The position numbers and the translations under genes were made by a program. A stretch of DNA of 64,000 bases from an uncultured Clostridia bacterium (GTDB taxonomy: Bacteria; Bacillota; Clostridia; TANB77; CAG-508): NCBI GenBank assembly GCA_963558405.1, contig CAUWGC010000008.1, forward strand, positions 1-64,000, in the 5' to 3' direction. Positions 32,571 through 42,945 of the stretch are shown here, piece after piece; positions within the stretch are counted from its first letter, which is position 1; each line of letters starts with the position of its first letter. The notes under the pieces were generated by a model. That model was not told where the DNA came from. It did no database searches and saw nothing but the letters and a program-made list of their open reading frames with translations.

Positions 32571-32600
32571 ATGCCAAAAAGGTACGTCCCTATTGACACT
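32571..32600. repeat. Single arm of the REP-like repeat
   Basis: ATGCCAAAAAGGTACGTCCCTATTGACACT, 28/30 identical to 25688-25717. Confidence 0.75.
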
Positions 32601-32695
32601 AAAATAGTTTATTAATATAGTATTTTTTTAAAACTTATGATATACTAATGTCGAAATGGCGGAAGTAAAAAAATATAAGAAGGGAAGAGAAACAT

Positions 32696-33157
32696 ATGAA
32701 TAATTTTATGAAAATTGCAAAAGAATGTGCAGAGTTTGGTGTAAGTAATAATCAAGGTGGTCCATTTGGAGCTGTAATTACTGATAAAGAAGGAAATATT
32801 ATTGCTAAAGGCAATAATATGGTACTAAAAAACAATGATCCAACAGCACATGCAGAGGTGACTGTTATAAGAGAAGCTTGCAAAAAGCTAGGTACATATG
32901 ATTTATCAGGATATGTATTATATACATCATGTGAGCCATGCCCAATGTGTTTATCTGCAATTATATGGTCAAATATAAAAGAGGTATATTATGCATGCAC
33001 AAGAGAAGATGCTGGTAAAATAGGATTTAGAGACGATGTAATATATGAATATCTAGAAGGAAAAAATAAAAACTTAATAGAACTAAAACAAATAGATAGA
33101 CAAGATTGCATAAAACTATTTGAAGAATATGAGAAAAATAAAAAAACAATATATTAA
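32696..33157 (+). CDS. guaD: Nucleoside/guanine deaminase
   Basis: GGPFGAVI, NDPTAHAEV, YTSCEPCPMC, GFRDDVIY; resembles B. subtilis GuaD. Confidence 0.82.
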   Translation: MNNFMKIAKECAEFGVSNNQGGPFGAVITDKEGNIIAKGNNMVLKNNDPTAHAEVTVIREACKKLGTYDLSGYVLYTSCEPCPMCLSAIIWSNIKEVYYACTREDAGKIGFRDDVIYEYLEGKNKNLIELKQIDRQDCIKLFEEYEKNKKTIY

Positions 33158-33160
33158 ACA

Positions 33161-33229
33161 ATGTAAGTAATGACGTAGCATTTTGACAATATTTAAACTA
33201 ATGTCAAAATGCTACGTCCCTATTTACAT
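33161..33229. repeat. REP-like palindrome, diverged copy
   Basis: GACGTAGCATTTTGACA / TGTCAAAATGCTACGTC between convergent genes. Confidence 0.75.
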
Positions 33230-33239
33230 ACCTTAACAT

Positions 33240-34100
33240 TTAATGAGTTTTTAAAATGTCTTTATTTGTAATTAGTCTATAAGTTCTACATAAATTACAT
33301 TCTGTACAGATTTTAATTCTATCATTAAAAATTAGTTTTAGTGTGTTTATAAATTCATCTTCAGGTTCAATTAAGTGAATTTCTATTTTATTTGGAATTA
33401 ATGTAAGTAATGTATTTAATGCATAATCGTTTGCGGAAAAAGTAATATCAGATAAATATTTGGCATTAAAGGCATTATCAGAGATGTTTACAATGTTTTT
33501 GTCTTTGTCTAATAAAATAGCTTCTCCATTTACATATATTAAGTGAATTAAATCAATTTCTGGTTCTTTGGAATTAATATATAACTTTAGTAAATTAATA
33601 AATTCAGAATATTCTCTTTCAATTAAAAATTTATTTACAGCAATATCAATTGTATAATCAATAACTTCTTTATATTTAGCTAGTCTAAAATTAACAAATC
33701 CATCTAATAAAATTGTTTTATTTTCTAATAAATAGGATAAAATAGAAATATAAAGATGTTCTTTACGAACAATAAATTCATCTTCTGGTCCAGAAAGAAG
33801 TTCTTTTGTATTTTTAGCTATTTGCTCTTGTTCAAAAGAATCAAAATAAAAGTAATTTAAACGTATAAGGGAAAGTATAATTGATTCTTCATAAAAATTT
33901 AAAATGCAATTACTAATAGCTTTGGTAAGTAAAGCATAAAATTCTTTTTCTTCGTTTCCTTTATAATGTATAATTGTATTTTTATAATAACAAAATTTGT
34001 TTATAGAAAAATATACATTTTTTAATGGTATATCTTTAAATTCTTTTAGTAGATAATTTAAAATATGTTCGTTATTAGTTTTTATACAAAAAGACTTCAT
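33240..34100 (-). CDS. ytxC: Putative sporulation protein YtxC
   Basis: LDGFVNFRL..IEREYSEFINLLK..LLTLIPNKIEIH..IFNDRIKICTECNLC. Confidence 0.88.
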   Translation of the reverse strand: MKSFCIKTNNEHILNYLLKEFKDIPLKNVYFSINKFCYYKNTIIHYKGNEEKEFYALLTKAISNCILNFYEESIILSLIRLNYFYFDSFEQEQIAKNTKELLSGPEDEFIVRKEHLYISILSYLLENKTILLDGFVNFRLAKYKEVIDYTIDIAVNKFLIEREYSEFINLLKLYINSKEPEIDLIHLIYVNGEAILLDKDKNIVNISDNAFNAKYLSDITFSANDYALNTLLTLIPNKIEIHLIEPEDEFINTLKLIFNDRIKICTECNLCRTYRLITNKDILKTH

Positions 34101-34250
34101 CTTGTAAACTTGCTCCTTTCTAAAAGCTCTTAAGTAGTATTATCTACTAAAAATTCATTAGATATACATATTTTATTCATAAAGCTTAGTTTTGGAAACT
34201 TGTATTACATAGATAAATTAAGTAAAAAATAAAACAGCTAAATAGCTGTT

Positions 34251-35840
34251 TTAATAATAAATCATATAATCAATATCTTTAAAAATTGCATCTTTTTCTT
34301 GTAAGTCTTTTAGAAAATCTTTATTAATATTATCTGTTTTTATTTGTTCATATAGTTTTGTAAATCTTCCTATGTGGTCTTTTATTCGTTTTTTTGCGTA
34401 ATCTACCATTGTTCCATTTGTTATGATAAATAACCAGTCACTACTTTGGGCAAGTAGTAATTCTCTTGCACATTGATTTAAAGCTTCTTTTTTTAATTTG
34501 TCTTGTTCATTAGGAAATAGGTGAGCAAGTTCTACCATTCTATCACCAGCAACATGCAAATGTCTATGTGCATAATCATTTGAAGGATTTAACCAAACTT
34601 CGCTATAACCATTAGCGCCCCAACTAGAACGACAAGGTGTTGCAATTTGCATATTAGGGAAGCGGTCAATATATTCACTTGGAGTAATAAGTTTAAAGTT
34701 ATCCTGGTCAAAATGAATTTTTTTAAACAAGATATATAACCAATATGGTCCTTCATACCACCAGTGTCCATAAAGTTCTGCATCATATGGACATAAAATA
34801 ATAGGTGGGTTTTCCATTAATGGTGCTAAATGATTTATTTGCTTTGTTCTACAATCTAAAAAGTGTCCAGCTTGTTTTTCGGCAGAATCTTTTGCCCATT
34901 GAACATCATAATAGTCTTTGTTTTCTGTTTTACCGGTTATTCTATAATATTTTATTCCTGTATTCACACGTACACCGTCATATGTTATATATGGTTTAAT
35001 ATAATCATAATCTGCTTCGTATCCAATATCTCGATAAAATTCACGATAATTAAAATCACCAGGATATCCATTAATACTGCTCCAAACTTGTCTAGAACTT
35101 TCAATATCACGACCAAATGCAACAATTCCTCCATGTGATACAATAGGAGCAAAAGTACCATATATAGGAGCAGGGTCTGCATATAAAATCCCATGTGACT
35201 CTGTAATAATATATTCAATTCCAAATTCTTTTAAATATTTATCTGCTTCTGGTACATATCCACATTCAGGAAGCCAAATTCCGCGTGGTTTTCTACCAAA
35301 ATGCTTTTCATAAGTTTGCACACCAACGCCTATTTGTGCTTTTACAGTATTTTCGTTAACATAGAGAATAGGGAAATATCCATGTGTAGCACCACAAGTA
35401 ATAATTTCCAAAACTCCAAGTTCTTGAAAATGCTTAAATCCTGTAATAATGTTACAATTATAAACATCTTTAAAAATGTGTAAATCGTTTGTATAACGGT
35501 CTAAATAATAATGTGAAAGCCTATTTACACGTTCATCATAAACAGTTCTTTTTACTTCTTTTTCACAAAGTTCAATATGCTTTTTTAAATACTTAATGTA
35601 ACGTTTTTGAAGTAATGGACTTGCAAGCATTTCCAAAAGGGGAGGAGTCATAGTCATCGTAATACGAAAATCTACGCCTTCCTCCACTAATTTTTGAAAA
35701 GAAAGTAATAAAGGTATATATGTTTCAGAAATAGCTTCATATAGCCATTCTTCTTCTAAATAATTTTCACTCTCTGGATGGTGAACAAATGGTAAATGTG
35801 CATGTAGTACAAAACTAACATATCCTTTTGGTTGGTTCAT
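34251..35840 (-). CDS. GH57 1,4-alpha-glucan branching enzyme (DUF1957)
   Basis: LHAHLPFV, ETYIPLL, GIWLPECGY, PYDAELYGHWWYEG, RELLLAQSSDW motifs. Confidence 0.93.
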   Translation of the reverse strand: MNQPKGYVSFVLHAHLPFVHHPESENYLEEEWLYEAISETYIPLLLSFQKLVEEGVDFRITMTMTPPLLEMLASPLLQKRYIKYLKKHIELCEKEVKRTVYDERVNRLSHYYLDRYTNDLHIFKDVYNCNIITGFKHFQELGVLEIITCGATHGYFPILYVNENTVKAQIGVGVQTYEKHFGRKPRGIWLPECGYVPEADKYLKEFGIEYIITESHGILYADPAPIYGTFAPIVSHGGIVAFGRDIESSRQVWSSINGYPGDFNYREFYRDIGYEADYDYIKPYITYDGVRVNTGIKYYRITGKTENKDYYDVQWAKDSAEKQAGHFLDCRTKQINHLAPLMENPPIILCPYDAELYGHWWYEGPYWLYILFKKIHFDQDNFKLITPSEYIDRFPNMQIATPCRSSWGANGYSEVWLNPSNDYAHRHLHVAGDRMVELAHLFPNEQDKLKKEALNQCARELLLAQSSDWLFIITNGTMVDYAKKRIKDHIGRFTKLYEQIKTDNINKDFLKDLQEKDAIFKDIDYMIYY

Positions 35841-35882
35841 TTTTTTCTCCTTTTTAGTTTTATTTTATCTGTTGTATAATTT

Positions 35883-36764
35883 TTATTTAAAAGTTGAAGA
35901 AGGATTGTTAGATGATGGATTATTAAGAAAATCATTAAATTCTTCTACATCTTCTTTTTGATAAATTTTTTGGTACATTTCATAAATATTATAAATACCG
36001 CCAATTCGTTTTATAAATGCAAGAGTTCCAATATCTTTTTGAGTTACTGAATTTGTTTTTATATCTTTAAAAAATACAGAGCCAGTAGATTTTTCAAATA
36101 AAATATGGTCGTTTGGTGTTTCTAACTTATTAGAAGAAGAAACATATAAGTAGTTATTTGGAATATGTACTTGATCAGAAATAGGACGTCTTCCAAGTTC
36201 TATTGTATAAGTACATTTTGAATCATTTAAATGAAGATACCAACTATTTGCAAAATCATTAATAGGAACTTCAAAAGCATAATTCATTGTATCATTATGA
36301 ACTATAAGAACAGGTCTTGTAGTCTCAAAAAAGTTTTGACCATATTTTGATATATAATTATTTCTATCCTCATCAGAAATATCCCAATACACAAACATAG
36401 TATTAGGAGTTTGCGCCAAAATTTTTACAATAGTTTGGTTATAACGATAAGGAAGATCATAATACTCTAAAATATCAATTTTAGAAGTTTTTTTAGAAGT
36501 TCTTTTTGGTGTAGTAGTAGTTACTTTTTTTGCAGCTACTTTTGTACTTTTTTTAGTTGATTTAGAAGAAGACTTTTTAGTAGTCTTGGCTGATACTTTT
36601 TTTGTTGGATTAGTATTTTTTTTTGCAGAAGTTTCCTTTTTTACCGTACTTTTTTTAGTTTTAGAAACAGCACTACTTTTAGCCTTAGTATTTTTGGAAA
36701 CATTAGAGGTATTTACCTTTTTTTCTTTTAAAGTATCAGTTTCTTTTGTTTTTCTACTTGGCAT
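35883..36764 (-). CDS. DUF4912 domain protein with Lys/Thr/Ser-rich N-terminus
   Basis: LPYRYNQT..QTPNTMFVYWDIS..NSWYL; typical neighbour of GH57 genes. Confidence 0.85.
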   Translation of the reverse strand: MPSRKTKETDTLKEKKVNTSNVSKNTKAKSSAVSKTKKSTVKKETSAKKNTNPTKKVSAKTTKKSSSKSTKKSTKVAAKKVTTTTPKRTSKKTSKIDILEYYDLPYRYNQTIVKILAQTPNTMFVYWDISDEDRNNYISKYGQNFFETTRPVLIVHNDTMNYAFEVPINDFANSWYLHLNDSKCTYTIELGRRPISDQVHIPNNYLYVSSSNKLETPNDHILFEKSTGSVFFKDIKTNSVTQKDIGTLAFIKRIGGIYNIYEMYQKIYQKEDVEEFNDFLNNPSSNNPSSTFK

Positions 36765-36928
36765 TTTGTATTTCCTCCTTAGTAAAAATAAATAATTCCT
36801 TTATATACTATATCAAAACTAAAATAATTACAAGAGGAAAAAGAAAGATTTATGTATTTTTTTAGAATAAAAACAACCTTCTAAAAATATAAAAATGGAA
36901 TATACTTTTTAAAAAGGAGGTAGTACGT

Positions 36929-37323
36929 ATGGAAAAAACAATAGAAGAAAATAAAACTGAAAATATGCTTAGAATATTAAAACGGTAGTTTAATATCAAT
37001 TGTAACAACACTAATTGCACTAGTTATATTTTCAGCTATTTTAACTTATACAAATACACAAGAAGAAATTATACTTCCAGTAACTATAGCAATTACAGCT
37101 ATTAGTATTTTAATGGGAAGTCTTATAATGTCATCTAAAATAAAGAAAAATGGAATTATTAATGGAGGAGTAATTGGATTTATTTATATTTTACTAATAT
37201 ATTTAATATCTAGTATAACAGGAGTAGGTTTTTCAATAAATATAAATTCAATTATAATGATAATATGTGCGAGTATTAGCCGGAATGGTAGGAGGAATAA
37301 TTGGGGTAAATATAAAGAAATAA
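36929..37323 (+). CDS. TIGR04086-like 4-TM membrane protein; +1 shifts at CGG 36983 and 37281 (~130 aa)
   Basis: AAGGAGG RBS; MLRILK[c]GSLISIVTTLIALVIFSAILTYT..KIKKNGIINGGVIG..ASIS[c]GMVGGIIGVNIKK*. Confidence 0.82.
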
Positions 37324-37326
37324 TAA

Positions 37327-37394
37327 TGTCAGAATGGACGTATTTTATTGACATAGTTTGTAATCCATGTCAATAATGTACGTCCCCTCTGACA
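37327..37394. repeat. REP-like palindrome, diverged copy
   Basis: TGTCAGAATGGACGTATTTTATTGACAT / ATGTCAATAATGTACGTCCCCTCTGACA. Confidence 0.7.
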
Positions 37395-37479
37395 ATCTCT
37401 TACACTTCTTAAAAAATATTTTCAAAAATAGTTGCTATTTTTTATTTTTTGGGATAGAATCTAAAAACGGAGGGGAATT

Positions 37480-38139
37480 ATGATTACTTTAGAAGATATA
37501 AAAAATAATGAAGAAGTAGCAGAGCTTATTGTTAGTTCTCAAAAACAATTAAATGCTTTGGGTTATACAGAACATTCTATTAGGCATATTTCCATTGTTT
37601 CTAAACGAGCAGGCGAAGTATTAGAAACATTAGGATACAGTAAAGATAGAGTAGAACTTGCTAAAATTGCTGGATATTTGCATGATATAGGTAACTGTGT
37701 AAACAGAGTTGACCATGCACATTCTGGGGCTATTTTAGCATATCAAATTTTAAAAGATATGGGAATGAATGCAAAAGATAGAACCGAAATAATGATGGCA
37801 ATAGGAAATCATGATGAACAAACTGGAACAGCTGTTAGTGATATTTCTGCGGCATTAATTTTGGCGGACAAGTCTGATGTACATCGTGACCGTGTTGTTA
37901 ATACAAATATGTCTACATTTGATAAACATGATAGAGTAAATTATGCGGTAACTAATGCTGATTTAAAAATAGATGCAGAAAATAGAAAAGCTACATTAAA
38001 ATTAACAATTGACACTAAAATATGTCCAGTATTAAATTATTTTGAAATATTTATGGATAGAACTATGATGAGTAAATACGCAGCAAAATATTTAAAAATA
38101 TGGTTTGAACTAATTATTAATGATACAAAATTATTGTAA
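37480..38139 (+). CDS. HD-domain phosphohydrolase
   Basis: GYTEHSIRH, GYLHDIGN, AIGNHDE, LILADKSDV motifs. Confidence 0.9.
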   Translation: MITLEDIKNNEEVAELIVSSQKQLNALGYTEHSIRHISIVSKRAGEVLETLGYSKDRVELAKIAGYLHDIGNCVNRVDHAHSGAILAYQILKDMGMNAKDRTEIMMAIGNHDEQTGTAVSDISAALILADKSDVHRDRVVNTNMSTFDKHDRVNYAVTNADLKIDAENRKATLKLTIDTKICPVLNYFEIFMDRTMMSKYAAKYLKIWFELIINDTKLL

Positions 38140-38168
38140 TAAATAAAAAAATAAGGGAGGAAAACATT

Positions 38169-39545
38169 GTGAAAAAAGCAGGAAAAATAGTTAGCATATT
38201 AACAATTTTACTTACTATTGTATTAATTTCTATTTTGTCATTTGGAGGTTTATATGTAAAAAAACAAAATAGAATGGACAACATTTTACCAGATTATTTA
38301 TTAGGAATTGATTTAAATGGAGGAAGAGAAGTTCATTTAAAAATTGATGATACTACAAATGAAGTAGTATATGATAAAGACGGAAAAATAATAGAAAGTC
38401 CAACAGATGAAGATAAAGAAAACAAGGAAAATAAAGTAGAAAATATTCCAGTAAACAAACAAGAAAGTTTAACTGCAGAAAATTTTGAAAAATCAAAAGA
38501 AATAATAGAACAAAGAATAATAAACGCTGGAATTACAGACTATAAAGTTAGACAATTAGGAAATGGAGATATATTTTTAACATTACCAGAATATGAGGGA
38601 ACTGACAACTTGCTTTCTGCAATTTATACTGTAGGTAAATTTGAAATACTAGATGCAGATACAAAAGAAGTATTATTAGATGATACTTATATTTCAAGTT
38701 CTAGAGTTGGTTATGGAAATGATACTACAGGAGCAACTAATATTTATTTAACAATTGAATTTAACAAAGAAGGTACAAAAAAATTAAAAGAAATTAGTAA
38801 AACATACGTATCTAGTAAAAATGATAAGGGAGAAGATACTACTAAAAAAGTATCTTTAGAAATAGATGGAGAAGAGTTGTTATCAACTTACTTTGGACAA
38901 ACTATTACAACAGGACAATTGCAATTAACAATAGGAAGCAGTGCTAGTAGTTCTGGAACATTAGACCAAGCACTATTACAAGGTTCAAACTTAGCACTAT
39001 TATTAGATTGTGGTAAATTACCATTAACTTATAAAATAAGTGAACAAAAATATATAGCAAGTGATATAACATCAGAAATAGTTACAACATTGTTATATGT
39101 TGCAATTGCTATTGCAATAATTATTTTAATAGGATTAACTTTATGCTTTAGAACAAGAGGACTATATTTAGGATTAGCAAATATTGGTTATGTTGCATTA
39201 TTACTTTTAGTTTTACGTTTTACAAATGTAAATATAACAATATTAGGTGTGCTAGGAATAATATTAAGTGCAGTGTTAACTTTAGTGTTAAGTAGTATGT
39301 TAGCAGTAAAAATGAAAAAAACAGAAAAATTAACAAAAGAAGCATTTATGAATTTAGAAAAAAATACTTTAATCTCTTTTGTAATGGTATTAATACCAAT
39401 TGCAATACTTGCAGTTGTAAGTTGTTTTGCAAATTACTTACCATTAATAAGTCTTGGAATGATATTATTCTGGGGAATGTTAGTTATTGTTATTTATTAT
39501 ATATTTATTATAAGAAATTTACTTATAAGTACTATAAAAGAATAG
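38169..39545 (+). CDS. secD: Divergent SecD-like protein
   Basis: LGIDLNGG, IIEQRI..GI, P1-like extracytoplasmic domain, GKLPL, then 5 TMs; the TM4 Asp is apparently absent. Confidence 0.7.
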   Translation: MKKAGKIVSILTILLTIVLISILSFGGLYVKKQNRMDNILPDYLLGIDLNGGREVHLKIDDTTNEVVYDKDGKIIESPTDEDKENKENKVENIPVNKQESLTAENFEKSKEIIEQRIINAGITDYKVRQLGNGDIFLTLPEYEGTDNLLSAIYTVGKFEILDADTKEVLLDDTYISSSRVGYGNDTTGATNIYLTIEFNKEGTKKLKEISKTYVSSKNDKGEDTTKKVSLEIDGEELLSTYFGQTITTGQLQLTIGSSASSSGTLDQALLQGSNLALLLDCGKLPLTYKISEQKYIASDITSEIVTTLLYVAIAIAIIILIGLTLCFRTRGLYLGLANIGYVALLLLVLRFTNVNITILGVLGIILSAVLTLVLSSMLAVKMKKTEKLTKEAFMNLEKNTLISFVMVLIPIAILAVVSCFANYLPLISLGMILFWGMLVIVIYYIFIIRNLLISTIKE

Positions 39546-39557
39546 GAGGATGAAAAA

Positions 39558-40226
39558 ATGGAAAATAAAAATAAAAGTAAAATAGTAATCTGGGTTATAA
39601 TTGCAATCATCCTTTTAGCTGGTGTGTTTATAAGATTTACAAAAGGATTTGCGTATGATTTTGAATATAAAGAGCATACGAGAATAGATTTTTATATTGG
39701 AAAACAGTTTGAAATGTCAGAAATAAAAAGTATTACAAACGAAGTATTTGGAGATAGAAAAGTCGTTTTAAGAAGAGTAGAAGCATTTGAAGATATGGTA
39801 GCAATTAGTGTACCAAATGCTTCAGAAGATGAAATAAAATCTTTGATGGATAAAATAAACCAAAAATATGATTTGGATTATAAATACGAAGAAATAAATG
39901 TTGTACAAGAACCTAGAACAGATAATTGGGACATGGTTAAACCATATGTAAAATCTATGGTAATATCAACTGTACTTATATTAGCATACTTAGCATTTCG
40001 TTATGCTAAATTAGGAATTGTAAAAGTAGTAGGAAAAACAATAGGAAGTTTAGTATTAGCAGAAGCATTACTTTTAAGCGTAATTTGCATTACTAGATTA
40101 CCAATAAATAGATTTACAATACCAGCAGTATTTTTAGTATATGTAGGAATGTTAATATATCTTGTACTAGAATACGAAAATCTACGTAATAAAATAAAAT
40201 TAGAAGAAAATAAAAACAAAAAATAA
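39558..40226 (+). CDS. secF: Truncated/divergent SecF-like protein
   Basis: Follows secD; KGFAYDFEY (GFNxGIDF-like) and LAYLAFRY; only ~4 TMs. Confidence 0.6.
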   Translation: MENKNKSKIVIWVIIAIILLAGVFIRFTKGFAYDFEYKEHTRIDFYIGKQFEMSEIKSITNEVFGDRKVVLRRVEAFEDMVAISVPNASEDEIKSLMDKINQKYDLDYKYEEINVVQEPRTDNWDMVKPYVKSMVISTVLILAYLAFRYAKLGIVKVVGKTIGSLVLAEALLLSVICITRLPINRFTIPAVFLVYVGMLIYLVLEYENLRNKIKLEENKNKK

Positions 40227-40242
40227 AAGCGGACTTCCGCTT

Positions 40243-41211
40243 TTATTTTTTTATATTTGTTATTCTTTCTTCGTTATATCTATCAATAAAATATAAAGGT
40301 CTGCCTTTGGTTTCGTAAAAGGCACGTCCAAGGTATTCTCCAATAACTCCTAAAAAGATAAGCTGAATACCACCTAAAAATAAAATTACAACCATAGTAG
40401 AAGCATAGCCTGGTACTTCAACACCTTTTACTAATGTTTTAATAATAATAACTAACATATAAATAAAACCAGCAAGAGATGTAAGAACACCTAAAATAGC
40501 TGACCATCTTAAAGGAGATGTAGTAAATGAAGTAATTCCATCAATAGATAAATCTACTAATTTTTTATAATTCCATTTAGTCTTTCCTGCAGCTCTAGGA
40601 TCTCTATCATATAATATTTCTTTTTTATTATAACCAATCCAGCTAAACAAACCTTTAGTATAACGTTGAGATTCACGTATTTGTTTTAAAGCTTCAACAC
40701 ATCTTCTATCCAAAAGACGAAAATCACCTGTATCTTTTTGAATTTCTACTTTTGTCATACTTTGCAATACTTTATAGTACATTTTAGAAGTGAATTTTTT
40801 AAGCCAAGTTTCTCCTTTACGTGATTTTCTTTTTGCATAAACATCATCATAACCTTGTTCCCAATATTTAAGCATTTCTGGAATAAGTTCTGGTGGATCT
40901 TGCAAATCTGCATCAATAATAATAACACAATCACCCTTTGCATAATCTAAACCAGCAATCATTGCAGTTTCTTTACCAAAATTTCTAGATAAACTTAAAT
41001 AACAAAATCTTTTATCTTTTTCTCTTAATTCCTGCATAATAGAAAAAGTTTTATCTTTACTTCCATCATTAACCAACAAAATTTCAAAATCATATGCTGT
41101 ATTAGAATCCATTAAAGCCTTTAAACGGTCATAAAGCATACCAAGAACAGCTTCTTCGTTATATGCTGGAACTAGTATAGTAACAAGTTTTTTATTAGTA
41201 TTCTCGTCCAT
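40243..41211 (-). CDS. GT2 polyprenol-phosphate glycosyltransferase (GtrB/YkoT-like)
   Basis: VPAYNEE, VNDGSKD, LSRNFGKE, IDADLQDPP, TGDFRLLDR motifs; two C-terminal TMs. Confidence 0.92.
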   Translation of the reverse strand: MDENTNKKLVTILVPAYNEEAVLGMLYDRLKALMDSNTAYDFEILLVNDGSKDKTFSIMQELREKDKRFCYLSLSRNFGKETAMIAGLDYAKGDCVIIIDADLQDPPELIPEMLKYWEQGYDDVYAKRKSRKGETWLKKFTSKMYYKVLQSMTKVEIQKDTGDFRLLDRRCVEALKQIRESQRYTKGLFSWIGYNKKEILYDRDPRAAGKTKWNYKKLVDLSIDGITSFTTSPLRWSAILGVLTSLAGFIYMLVIIIKTLVKGVEVPGYASTMVVILFLGGIQLIFLGVIGEYLGRAFYETKGRPLYFIDRYNEERITNIKK

Positions 41212-41504
41212 AATAACCTCCGATTTTTTTAAAATATACTATACTTATATCATAAAACGACAAAATAGTAAAGAATTTGAGAAAATTGGATATTGGAATT
41301 AAAATATGTTGGATAAGAAAATAGAAAATTTATAAGTAATATTAAATTTTAATTTTTTTCAAAAAAAGTGGTATAATACTAATAAATTTAACAGATGATA
41401 TTATAGCGAATAAAAATTAGATTTTATTAAAAAAATTTATAAAATCATATTTACACTTTTGCGTACAAATGATAAAATATAAGCAAGAGTGTAAGAGGTG
41501 TAAT

Positions 41505-42080
41505 ATGGAAAAAAAATTAATTGAATTTTTAAATGATAATCATGGATATATATCTACAAAAGAATTTGAACAATTAGGAATTTCTAAAAATTTAATCCCA
41601 AAATTCATAGAAAAAAATATTATTCGTAAAGTATCCTATGGATTATATATAGATGATAATTTAATAGAAGATGAGTACTATATACTTCAAAAAAGAATTT
41701 CAAATATTGTATTTTCGTATAATACAGCTTGTTATCTTTTAGAATTAAGTGATAGGTCGCCATATAGATTAGATGTGACAACAATACGAAATAAACATAT
41801 TTATGAAGATTTAGAAATTCATTATGTAACAAAAGATAAGTTTGAAATAGGAATAAAAGAAATAATAAGTCCGTATGGGAATCCAATAAAAATATATAAT
41901 GCAGAGCGTTGTATTTGTGATATACTAAAAAATCCAAATTCAGTTGATTTAGAAGTATATAATAAAATAATAAATAATTATTTTAGAAAAAGAGATAAAG
42001 ATTTAATTACGTTAGAAAAATACGCAAAAGAATTAAATATTTCAAAAAAATTAGGACATATAATGGAGGTATTAATCTAG
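41505..42080 (+). CDS. abiEi: Type IV TA antitoxin, AbiEi family
   Basis: N-terminal wHTH (GYISTKE..IRKVSYGLY); VFSYNTA; YNAERCICD. Confidence 0.88.
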   Translation: MEKKLIEFLNDNHGYISTKEFEQLGISKNLIPKFIEKNIIRKVSYGLYIDDNLIEDEYYILQKRISNIVFSYNTACYLLELSDRSPYRLDVTTIRNKHIYEDLEIHYVTKDKFEIGIKEIISPYGNPIKIYNAERCICDILKNPNSVDLEVYNKIINNYFRKRDKDLITLEKYAKELNISKKLGHIMEVLI

Positions 42081-42917
42081 TGATAACATATAAAGAATTA
42101 AATATTAAATCCAAAGAGATTGAAAGAAAAACCGGTTTACAACATCTTGATATTTATAGAAGATTTATGTTTGAAAGAGTCTTAGAAAGGATTTCTATTT
42201 CAAATTATAGAAACAACTTTATTTTAAAGGGGGGGTTACTACTTTCTGCAATGTTTGGTATTGAAAGTAGAAATACAAGAGATATAGATATCTCAATTAA
42301 AGGAATTGATATTTCAAAAGAAAAAATGATATATATTTTAAATGAAATATTATCAATAGATTTGAAAGATAATATAAAATTTGAACTTGTTAGAATAACG
42401 GATATTAGACAAGATGATGAATATGGAGGAAATAAATATCATATAGTACGGGAAATTAGAAAATTTAACAGTTCCTTTAGAAATAGACATTTCAACCGGA
42501 GATGAAATAACACCAAGAGAGCTTAAATATGAATATTTTTCATTGTTTGAAGATAAAAAGATATATATTGAGTCATACAATATAGAAACTATTCTGTCAG
42601 AAAAAATAGAAACAATTTTAAGAAGAACACTTTATAATGGAAGAATGAAAGATTTTTATGATATATACATATTTTTAACTAAATTTAGAGATGAAATTAA
42701 TATAAACGATTTTAAAAAAGCATTTCAAAAGACTTTGATAAACAGAGAATCATTAGGATATTTAAAAGATTATAATCAAATATTTAATGAAATGCTTGAA
42801 TATGAAAAGATACAAGATACATGGATAAAATATGCACAAAAAAATAAATATGCTGAAGGTATTGAGTTTAAAGAAATAATTAATGTTTTAAGAAAATTTT
42901 TAAATAAAATAGTTTAA
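42080..42917 (+). CDS. abiEii: Type IV TA toxin, AbiEii nucleotidyltransferase; +1 shift at CGG 42449 (~278 aa)
   Basis: MFERVLERIS, FILKGGLL, RNTRDIDI, YGG..HIV[c]GKLEN..IDISTGDEITP, ETILSEKIE, RMKDFYDI. Confidence 0.88.
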
Positions 42918-42945
42918 TAATACATAATTAATTTAAGGTAGTAGT

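Noticed and set aside
29049-33157. argS, rqcH and the deaminase as a dedicated CGG-recoding locus
   Set aside because: They are ordinary housekeeping genes. The deaminase resembles GuaD rather than TadA, and no tRNA gene was found in the window.
36480-36764. Lys-rich low-complexity stretch as a repeat element
   Set aside because: It is the histone-like N-terminal tail of the DUF4912 protein, with no exact DNA periodicity.
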